DNA of 64,000 bases from Podarcis tiliguerta. Taxonomy: Eukaryota. The stretch lies in the NCBI GenBank assembly GCA_965153285.1, contig OZ229126.1; one strand, given 5' to 3'. The notes below the pieces were generated by a model. That model did no database searches. It saw nothing but the letters and a program-made list of their open reading frames with translations, and was not told the origin of the DNA. Both the position numbers and the translations under genes were made by a program. Shown here piece by piece: positions 59,561 through 64,000 of this stretch (the stretch's first letter is position 1; the number at the start of each line of letters is the position of its first letter).

Positions 59561-62552
59561 GCACATATATTTTTGGGGGGGGTCTGCCTTGATTTTCAGC
59601 ACAGGAGCACACTGCCCTATTTTGGGGCTGGCTCAGTTACTGGGGCACTAGGGCTAATGGATCTCCCCGTGCTTGACGTCTGATGTTCTCCTTGTTTCCA
59701 GGTGGCCTCTCTCTGGCCATCGAAGGCCCCTCCAAGGCTGAGATTGGCTGCACTGATAACCAGGATGGCACTTGCACAGTGTCATATCTTCCCGTTCTGC
59801 CTGGCGACTACAACATATTGGTGAAATACAATGACAAACACATCCCAGGAAGTCCCTTCACTGCCAAGATCACTGGTGAGATCTGGAGCCTGCCCACCTG
59901 GGCTAATGAAGGAAAGAAGGGGGCGGGTGGTAAGCTCACACTGAAGGGGAAGGAGAAGGTAGGCTGCAGGCCCACCTTGACGGCACAATGCCTGCCTTTC
60001 TCTGCTTCTGCAGGAGATGACACGATGCGCATGTCCCATCTCAAAGTGGGCTCCTCTGCCGACATCCCCTTGAACATCACCGAGACGGACCTGAGCCAGC
60101 TGACGGCCACCGTGATCCCACCTTCTGGTCGTGAGGAGCCTTGTCTGCTCAAACACCTACGCAATGGGCATGTTGGTGAGTGACCAAGAAGACCTCCGCT
60201 TTTCTGGTTATGTCCGAAGCCGATTGGCAGAGCTCATGGGTAGAAGAAAAATTTTTATAGGTATAACAATTCTCTTTTGCTTCTTCCTTTCCACCCCATC
60301 TTTCTGTAGGAATTTCTTTTGTCCCCAAAGAGATTGGAGAGCACATTGTGAACATCAAGAAGAATGGGCTGCACATCCCCAATAGCCCCATCACAGTGAT
60401 GATCAGCCAGTCTGAAATTGGCGATGCCAGCCGCGTCAGGGTCTCTGGCCCAGGGCTCAGCGAGGGACGGACATTTGAACCTTCAGAGTTCATTATTGAC
60501 ACAAGAGATGCTGGTATGCAGGTTTATAATCCTTTGGTTCAAAGACAAGGGCTACTTGCCATGGTGGCTGAGCTGTCGGAGGGGGTTTGTCTCAAATGAG
60601 GACCAGTTGCTGGGAATGGCAGGTGGAGAGAGTTCTTGCAAGCTCCCTCTGGGCATCCGGCTGACCACTGTTGGAACAAAGTGTTGGACTAAGGTGGGCC
60701 CTCTGGCCTGGTCCATCAGGGCTCTTTAGTTCTTATTGCTCTTGGGGAGCAGTACACCAGAAACACAAATCACTAAGTCAATAAGATCCTTGGTTTGTTT
60801 TCATCTCTTCCACCCCACTGATCCAATCTGTTTCACCATGGTGACGCTGGCTATTTGTCCTCCAGCTGACAAGCCCCATCTTTGGCTAGCCTGATGTTCA
60901 GGAATAGACATAGGAAAGGTAGCATACTGGTGTTCTACTGCTCCATGCATACTAGTTACAACCCTAAGTGCATAGGTGTTTAGAGAAGCCCTTCTTGAAA
61001 AGTGGACCATGTGACTTTATCCCCTATAGCTCATGGTGGTGATGTCCAAACATATAACAAAGCCCTGTTACTACAAACTGTCTCTCTCTTAGGTTATGGT
61101 GGGCTGAGCTTGTCCATTGAAGGCCCCAGTAAGGTCGACATCAATACTGAGGACCTAGAGGATGGTACTTGCAAAGTCACGTATTGTCCAACAGAGCCTG
61201 GCAACTACATCATCAACATCAAGTTTGCAGACCAGCATGTTCCAGGTGCGGGTAGTCTCTTTGGTGGGTTGTTGCATGGGGCGAGGGGAGCAAAGGTGCG
61301 TTCAGGAAGTGCTGGTGGGACCCTAGAACATGTCTCCAATTGAAGATGGGACAAAGGTGTCCGTAATACTTGGGTTGCTGGAACAGATTGCAAGTTACCT
61401 TCCAGTGCTTGCTTCTGGTTGAACTATGGATACAAAGCATTGCAGGAGTTGAAAGCAGGGGGTTCATCACTTGTAAAACAATTATCTGCTCCAACGTACT
61501 GTATTTTTCGCTCTATAAGATGCACCTGACCATAAGACGCACCTAGTTTTTAGAGGAGGAAAACAAGGAAAAAAATATTCTGAATCAAATGTTGTTGAAG
61601 AGGAAGGAGGAGGGAGGGTCAGGCTAAGGCATCACAACAAGAGGCACTGTGCAGCTCTCCCACTTGCTGTTCTGGCTTCAGCGAAAGCAATGCAAAACCT
61701 CTTCAGCCAAATAGGAGGAACGCTCCCACTTCACTGAAGAGGCTTTGAGCAGCTATCGCTGAAGCCAGAACAGCAAGAGGGATTGCTGCACAGCTCTCCC
61801 TCTTGCTGTTCTGGCTTCTGGGATAGCTGCACAGCCTGCATTTGCTCCATAAGACGCACACACATTTCCCCTTACTTTTTAGGAGGGGAAAAGTGTGTCT
61901 TATAAGCGAAAAATACGGTATATGCAGCCTACACACTCCATGATCAGCAGCATTGCTTGGTGCAGCTTTTTGCTGTTCAGGGTTGCAGATAAAGGGCAGT
62001 CCAGTGCTCCTCTGCATCCTCCCCAGCAGCAGACCCAAGGCAAAGAGGCCTAGCTTACTTCCTGATTTGGTGTGTCTTTTTTATTTTTTATGTAGGCCTT
62101 GTATGGAGAACATTCAGTCCTTAGCTTTCCAGTTAGTGATAAGTCTAAAATGTATGACAAAATGATTGCATAGTTTTCTTAATGAGATTTAATGCCAGAT
62201 GAGAGGCGATGGCTACACTGGAGGGTGCTGAGGGCGTGTGTGTGTGTGTTGTGACATTCAAAAGCTTACACAGGGAAGTTGATGCTTTCTTGGGCTCCTG
62301 CCCCGAAACCTACCCCCACCAGATCCATGATCTCCTCTCCCTGAAAGGGCCAATTGGAGCATGTGGCTGAGCCAGCAAGTCCCCCTCCCTCTGGCTTACT
62401 TTCTCTCCCCCTCCATCTCTCCGGTGCAGGGAGTCCATTTTCTGTGAAGGTGACAGGAGAAGGACGAATGAAGCAGATGATCACGCGCCGCCGCAAAGCC
62501 CCCTCGGTTGCCAACATTGGCAGCCAGTGCGACCTCAGTTTGAAAATCCCAG
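8880..62552 (+). CDS. FLNA: Filamin A, partial multi-exon CDS (exons 3-40 by human numbering; exons 24-31 appear twice)
   Basis: Spliced translation gives filamin CH-domain sequence ([47 protein letters not shown]) and tandem Ig repeats. FLNA-type features are the VSIGGHGL microexon and [13 protein letters not shown] boundaries and phases chain in frame (6126 nt using one copy of exons 24-31 and the 102-nt exon 32). Confidence 0.97.
9264..9401. mobile_element. Degenerate hAT-type palindromic MITE
   Basis: ccagatg...aactacaactc...gatgggagttg...catctggaggg family motif. Confidence 0.6.
9628..9725 (+). CDS. FLNA: FLNA exon 4 (98 nt)
   Basis: aacag|GTCTG ... CAG|gtaagc; [32 protein letters not shown]. 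Confidence 0.96.
10115..10262 (+). CDS. FLNA: FLNA exon 5 (148 nt)
   Basis: tgtag|GTG ... CCAG|gtgagt; [26 protein letters not shown]...ARAYGP. Confidence 0.96.
10395..10510. mobile_element. Degenerate hAT-type palindromic MITE
   Basis: ccttgggtccccaga ... tctggggacccaggg inverted arms. Confidence 0.6.
10561..10909 (+). mobile_element. Sauria SINE (lacertid POM-like), near full length
   Basis: gtggcgctgtgggttaaacc head, gttcgaatcc B-box, ...ggacctaatggtcaggggtccctttacc tail; close homologue at 23251-23580. Confidence 0.9.
11128..11246 (+). CDS. FLNA: FLNA exon 6 (119 nt)
   Basis: cacag|GAATT ... GAA|gtgagt; [18 protein letters not shown]...GHREE. Confidence 0.95.
11377..11454 (+). CDS. FLNA: FLNA exon 7 (78 nt)
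   Basis: tcaag|GCG ... AAG|gtaaga; [26 protein letters not shown]. Confidence 0.95.
11554..11716 (+). CDS. FLNA: FLNA exon 8 (163 nt)
   Basis: tccag|GTG ... GCTG|gtcagt; [15 protein letters not shown]...YFEIFTA. Confidence 0.95.
11847..11980. mobile_element. Degenerate hAT-type palindromic MITE
   Basis: ggactacagctcccatc / gatgggaactgcagtcc inverted arms. Confidence 0.55.
13453..13653 (+). CDS. FLNA: FLNA exon 9 (201 nt)
   Basis: cccag|GTGCT ... CAGG|gtgagt; [13 protein letters not shown]...SPYTVTIGQ. Confidence 0.95.
13819..13940 (+). other. Candidate poison (NMD) cassette exon in intron 9; alternative acceptors give starts at 13819, 13852 or 13894
   Basis: Branch-like CCTAAC 13769-13774, long CT-rich tract, cag| at 13818 and 13893, donor CAG|gtgtgg after 13940, TGCATG at 13967-13972. 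Inclusion frameshifts exon 10. Confidence 0.65.
14155..14292 (+). CDS. FLNA: FLNA exon 10 (138 nt)
   Basis: tacag|CATGC ... CCAA|gtaagt; [22 protein letters not shown]...IKGP. Confidence 0.95.
15951..16223. mobile_element. hAT-type non-autonomous DNA element
   Basis: Perfect 13-bp TIRs CAGGGGTGGGGAA / TTCCCCACCCCTG. Confidence 0.75.
16242..16341 (-). mobile_element. tRNA-derived SINE (Squam3-like)
   Basis: Reverse complement reads tagctcagtgaaagaacatctgctctgcatgcatgaaggtccctaattcaaatcctgg (degenerate A and B boxes). Confidence 0.65.
16754..16880 (+). CDS. FLNA: FLNA exon 11 (127 nt; NAGNAG alternative start 16757)
   Basis: cacag|AAG|GAC ... GCAG|gtaaga; [22 protein letters not shown]...QHIPR. 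Confidence 0.92.
17125..17495 (+). mobile_element. L2-type LINE 3' fragment
   Basis: ggcccttttcggtggtggctccc...tggaa...ctccc motif and tgtgaaccaccctg...aataaat end. Confidence 0.6.
18267..18403 (+). CDS. FLNA: FLNA exon 12 (137 nt)
   Basis: tttag|CCCA ... CTAG|gtaacc; [21 protein letters not shown]...DDVGTL. Confidence 0.95.
18993..19186 (+). CDS. FLNA: FLNA exon 13 (194 nt)
   Basis: ggcag|GCTTC ... AAG|gtaagt; [15 protein letters not shown]...DFYPEK. Confidence 0.95.
19866..19979 (+). CDS. FLNA: FLNA exon 14 (114 nt)
   Basis: tccag|GTC ... CAG|gtgaga; [26 protein letters not shown]...VQVQ. Confidence 0.95.
20143..20286 (+). CDS. FLNA: FLNA exon 15 (144 nt)
   Basis: tgcag|GAC ... AGG|gttggt; [21 protein letters not shown]...NSPYR. 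Confidence 0.93.
20345..20460 (+). mobile_element. tRNA-Ile-derived SINE with a CR1-type tail, B-box missing
   Basis: tagcttagttggttagagcgtggtgctgataac head joined to attcctgcattgcagggggttggactagat...ccttccaac. Confidence 0.7.
20645..20768 (+). CDS. FLNA: FLNA exon 16 (124 nt)
   Basis: tctag|GTC ... CAGG|gtgagt; [18 protein letters not shown]...AEAGQ. Confidence 0.95.
23251..23580 (+). mobile_element. Sauria SINE with a 12-bp target-site duplication
   Basis: Homologous to 10561-10909; TACACCAGGAAC at 23244-23255 and 23578-23589. Confidence 0.9.
23613..23750. mobile_element. hAT-type palindromic MITE nested in an older MITE (outer ends 23869)
   Basis: 8-bp TSD CTCCAGAT/CTCCAAAT; long inverted arms ctcaacctgtgggtccccagatgttgttg. 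Confidence 0.85.
23955..24115 (+). CDS. FLNA: FLNA exon 17 (161 nt)
   Basis: aaaag|GTGAC ... CAG|gtaaga; [11 protein letters not shown]...VLFADQ. Confidence 0.94.
24211..24301 (+). CDS. FLNA: FLNA exon 18 (91 nt)
   Basis: tgcag|GCC ... AGTG|gtgagc; [30 protein letters not shown]. Confidence 0.95.
24487..24854. mobile_element. Tc1/mariner-type MITE with TA TSD
   Basis: TA|CAGTGGTGCC ... GGCACCACTG|TA; repeated CGCAAGACGAA motif. Confidence 0.85.
25469..25638 (+). CDS. FLNA: FLNA exon 19 (170 nt)
   Basis: tacag|GTGTG ... CAG|gtgagt; [14 protein letters not shown]...YTPVQQ. Confidence 0.95.
26108..26225 (+). CDS. FLNA: FLNA exon 20 (118 nt)
   Basis: ttcag|GGT ... GACA|gtacgt; [19 protein letters not shown]...SGLGD. 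Confidence 0.94.
26765..26875. mobile_element. Degenerate hAT-type palindromic MITE
   Basis: tccagatg...actacaa / ttgtagt...catctgga arms. Confidence 0.5.
28673..28935 (+). CDS. FLNA: FLNA exon 21 (263 nt)
   Basis: tgcag|AAGTG ... AAG|gtagga; [15 protein letters not shown]...PTNPSK. Confidence 0.95.
30031..30628 (+). CDS. FLNA: FLNA exon 22 (598 nt)
   Basis: cccag|GTG ... AAAG|gtgagg; [11 protein letters not shown]...[17 protein letters not shown]...GPGVEGK. Confidence 0.97.
31079..31252 (+). CDS. FLNA: FLNA exon 23 (174 nt)
   Basis: accag|GTGTG ... GATG|gtgaga; [16 protein letters not shown]...YTPYED. Confidence 0.95.
31782..31944 (+). CDS. FLNA: FLNA exon 24 (163 nt), copy 1
   Basis: ttcag|GTGTC ... 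CCAG|gtaaaa; [18 protein letters not shown]...KFTVET. Confidence 0.94.
32952..33112 (+). CDS. FLNA: FLNA exon 25 (161 nt), copy 1
   Basis: tacag|GGGT ... CCAG|gtaccg; [18 protein letters not shown]...GGHQVP. Confidence 0.94.
34279..34449 (+). CDS. FLNA: FLNA exon 26 (171 nt), copy 1
   Basis: catag|GGAGC ... AAAG|gtaagc; [18 protein letters not shown]...VQGPK. Confidence 0.94.
34532..34655 (+). CDS. FLNA: FLNA exon 27 (124 nt), copy 1
   Basis: tgcag|GAGTG ... GCAG|gtatgg; [16 protein letters not shown]...DEEVPR. Confidence 0.94.
35300..35456 (+). CDS. FLNA: FLNA exon 28 (157 nt), copy 1
   Basis: cacag|TCCA ... ACC|gtaagt; [14 protein letters not shown]...LAVQIT. Confidence 0.94.
36327..36516 (+). 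CDS. FLNA: FLNA exon 29 (190 nt), copy 1
   Basis: gccag|GAT ... ACAG|gtgagc; [19 protein letters not shown]...SKCTVT. Confidence 0.94.
36777..36800 (+). CDS. FLNA: FLNA exon 30, 24-nt cassette microexon (VSIGGHGL), copy 1
   Basis: ctcag|TGTCGATTGGAGGTCATGGGCTAG|gtaagc; phase 1-1, matches the known mammalian 8-aa alternative insert. Confidence 0.93.
   Translation, partial: CRLEVMG
38354..38530 (-). mobile_element. L2-like 3' end with a (TTA)n/(AAT)n microsatellite tail (second copy at ~48709)
   Basis: ttattattattattaataataat...taccctgccctcccc...ctcagggtggct. Confidence 0.55.
40646..40893 (+). CDS. FLNA: FLNA exon 31 (248 nt), copy 1
   Basis: gccag|GAGCC ... ACG|gtgagt; [18 protein letters not shown]...NSPFQVT. 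Confidence 0.94.
41831..42030. other. Assembly gap (200 N)
   Basis: Run of exactly 200 n. Confidence 0.99.
42137..42299 (+). CDS. FLNA: FLNA exon 24, copy 2
   Basis: Same sequence as 31782-31944. Confidence 0.85.
43307..43467 (+). CDS. FLNA: FLNA exon 25, copy 2
   Basis: Same sequence as 32952-33112. Confidence 0.85.
44634..44804 (+). CDS. FLNA: FLNA exon 26, copy 2
   Basis: Same sequence as 34279-34449. Confidence 0.85.
44887..45010 (+). CDS. FLNA: FLNA exon 27, copy 2
   Basis: Same sequence as 34532-34655. Confidence 0.85.
45655..45811 (+). CDS. FLNA: FLNA exon 28, copy 2
   Basis: Same sequence as 35300-35456. Confidence 0.85.
46682..46871 (+). CDS. FLNA: FLNA exon 29, copy 2
   Basis: Same sequence as 36327-36516. 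Confidence 0.85.
47132..47155 (+). CDS. FLNA: FLNA exon 30 microexon, copy 2
   Basis: Same sequence as 36777-36800. Confidence 0.85.
   Translation, partial: CRLEVMG
51000..51247 (+). CDS. FLNA: FLNA exon 31, copy 2
   Basis: Same sequence as 40646-40893. Confidence 0.85.
52838..53288. mobile_element. PIF/Harbinger-like MITE containing a nested element (53024-53187)
   Basis: Perfect 18-bp TIRs GGGCTTATCCACACTTAC / GTAAGTGTGGATAAGCCC; superfamily assignment tentative. Confidence 0.7.
54009..54133 (-). mobile_element. 5S rRNA-derived segment adjoining a CR1-type 3' tail
   Basis: Minus strand reads aagctaagcagggtccggtatggtttccaattggatggggaacc (5S internal control region-like), then tcctgcattgcagggggttggactagat...ttctataattcat. 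Confidence 0.7.
55290..55391 (+). CDS. FLNA: FLNA exon 32, hinge 1 (3' end uncertain: 55382 or 55391)
   Basis: cacag|GCC; [31 protein letters not shown](GPA) resembles the mammalian hinge (AL...QQTW). The first in-frame GT donor after W is GCA|gtaaca. Confidence 0.8.
55764..55899. mobile_element. hAT-type palindromic MITE
   Basis: Perfect 8-bp TSD ATCTAACC (55756-55763, 55900-55907); arms gggtttcccaaacttg / caagtttgggaaaccc. Confidence 0.88.
58066..58156 (+). CDS. FLNA: FLNA exon 33 (91 nt)
   Basis: tccag|GCA ... ACAG|gtaatg; [30 protein letters not shown]. Confidence 0.93.
58881..59021 (+). CDS. FLNA: FLNA exon 34 (141 nt)
   Basis: cacag|GTGAG ... CCAG|gtaaca; [17 protein letters not shown]...DNMHIP. 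Confidence 0.95.
59142..59270 (+). CDS. FLNA: FLNA exon 35 (129 nt)
   Basis: catag|GTAGC ... GAAG|gtgagt; [21 protein letters not shown]...KDAGE. Confidence 0.95.
59505..59560. repeat. Compound (TC)n(AC)n microsatellite
   Basis: Direct reading. Confidence 0.95.
59702..59875 (+). CDS. FLNA: FLNA exon 36 (174 nt)
   Basis: tccag|GTGGC ... ACTG|gtgaga; [14 protein letters not shown]...PFTAKIT. Confidence 0.95.
60014..60175 (+). CDS. FLNA: FLNA exon 37 (162 nt)
   Basis: tgcag|GAGAT ... GTTG|gtgagt; [18 protein letters not shown]...RNGHV. Confidence 0.95.
60310..60513 (+). CDS. FLNA: FLNA exon 38 (204 nt)
   Basis: tgtag|GAATT ... GCTG|gtatgc; [17 protein letters not shown]...IDTRDA. Confidence 0.95.
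60600..60736 (+). mobile_element. Old LINE/SINE 3' remnant (CR1-type end)
   Basis: ggactaaggtgggcc...ggcctggtccatcagggctc...gttctta tail. Confidence 0.45.
61093..61245 (+). CDS. FLNA: FLNA exon 39 (153 nt)
   Basis: cttag|GTTAT ... CCAG|gtgcgg; [21 protein letters not shown]...ADQHVP. Confidence 0.95.
61499..61918. mobile_element. Tc1/mariner-type MITE with TA TSD
   Basis: TA|CTGTATTTTTCGCT ... AGCGAAAAATACGG|TA; repeated cataagacgcac motif. Confidence 0.85.
62430..62552 (+). CDS. FLNA: FLNA exon 40 (123 nt; contains the Ser2152-equivalent motif RRRKAPS)
   Basis: tgcag|GGAGT ... CCAG|gtgagt; [40 protein letters not shown]. Confidence 0.95.
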
Positions 62553-63592
62553 GTGAGTGGCTTAAGGATAGGCTTTGTGGTTTGGGGTGCTGCCTAAAAC
62601 AAGCTCAGCAGTGGAGAGCTACTGCCCCAAACGAGCTATTAAGTACCCCTCCCACAGGGTTAAAGGTCAGGATTATTCCAATCCCACCCTTGAACTTGGC
62701 ACAGAGAAGTTTGGAAGGCCCATGGACAGTGCCCAGCGAAATTTTGGAACCCAGAGTATGTGTTCAAATCTCCATAAGCCTTGTCTTCCAGCTCAGAATG
62801 ATACAGTGCAAAACCAAAGCATATTCAGCCCAGTTGACTTGTAGTTCCCCCAGTTGGCACAGAGGCTGTTAGAATGGGGAAAATGCTGAAGTGTAGGACA
62901 GGCATGGCCATCTGGGAGTCCTTCCAAACCATAGCCAAGTTGGTGGAACACTTTGGTTTAAGACACAGGTTGGTAACTGGGAGCCACATGCAGCCCTTGA
63001 CCTCATGTTATGTAGCCCTCAATGTCTCCTAAAGCTTTCCCGTTCTCTCATCCCAGCACAATTACTTTCTTTTCATTTCTCCTGTTGTTGCTTTCCCTTT
63101 AATATGTAGAGTTTCAGAATTTTATTCGAGTTTTTTCATGTATATGTGCTTGCTTTTTTCCTGGTTTTCCTGGCTCAGAAGTAAAACTGTGACTAGACTG
63201 TTGTGTTTGCAAGTGGAGTGAACACTGCTTCTATTTGAATATAAATCAGCAGTTTAGGGCATTGTGTCCAAACCCCTAATGTCAGCAGAACTACTCGGAA
63301 ACAATGAGGGTAATTTCATGCATGTTTTGAAAAGGGGGAAAGGACCACTGCAAATTACCTCCTTGAGGGGGGGGGGTCTCTTTGGGAAGGCCGCATTCCT
63401 CAATGCACCACCACCATGTGCATGTTCTGTAACTGGTGCTGGCTACCAGTACAGGCCTCACACTGTGTTAGAATTCAGATCACCTGTGGAATAAGTGTGA
63501 CATTTGTACAGTGAAATACTTCTGCTTGCCAGTGGTCTCTGCTCCTGCCAAGGCTATTGTGGAAGGGATCCTGTCCTGGCCTTCATCTAGAA

Positions 63593-63728
63593 TAGGCATC
63601 CCCAACCTTTGGCCCTCCAGATGTTTTGGCCTACAACTCCCATGATCCCTACCTAACAGGACCAGTGGTCAGGGATGATGGGAATTGTAGTCCAAAACAT
63701 CTGGAGGGCCAAAGGTTGGGGGTGACTG
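63593..63728. mobile_element. hAT-type palindromic MITE
   Basis: TSD ATCTAGAA/ACCTAGAA; ~50-bp inverted arms with 3 mismatches. Confidence 0.88.
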
Positions 63729-64000
63729 ACCTAGAACAATAGGGGTGCAATATCACTTGCCTTGTATTTACAAGGGTTGTTTTGTTTTGTTTTTAGAAGA
63801 AATATTGGATCTGGGGGAAATTATTAAGATCTGACTATTCAGACAAGGAGCAGCATTAAGTTACCTTAAGAATGGGGTAGGGAGACAAGGGATTAAGTGG
63901 TGAACTGGACTAAGATCCAGCTGCTCTGAATGCCCTGTGGGCCACCCCTGCCATAGAATGTGTGTGGGTCTTGATGGTCTTAGCACAGTGGTGTTGGCTG

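Noticed and set aside
62553-64000. FLNA Q/R A-to-I recoding site
   Set aside because: It lies in a later exon (repeat 22) beyond the window; no further exon was found after 62552.

Overview
Vertebrate genomic DNA, very likely from a lacertid lizard: it carries Sauria/POM-type SINEs and squamate-type MITEs. The whole window lies inside one + strand gene, filamin A (FLNA). It runs from a CpG island in intron 2 through exons 3-40 (human numbering): the end of the actin-binding CH domains, the Ig repeats to about repeat 20, the 24-nt VSIGGHGL microexon and hinge 1. The start codon and the 3' end lie outside the window. A ~10.15-kb block with exons 24-31 is present twice (31676-41830 and 42031-52184), on either side of a 200-N gap. 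The copies appear identical apart from one poly-C tract and are out of frame when joined, so this is most likely an assembly false duplication. The main unannotated signal is a candidate frameshifting poison exon in intron 9 (~13819-13940) with a branch point, a CU-rich PTB-type tract and a downstream UGCAUG; it sits where mammals have the neural PTBP1-repressed FLNA poison exon. Also notable: the hinge-1 exon has GG instead of GT at the expected donor, there is a CArG/AP-1 enhancer candidate in intron 2, and several transposons are nested or chimeric. Exon numbers and mammalian comparisons come from recalled knowledge, not from a database search.
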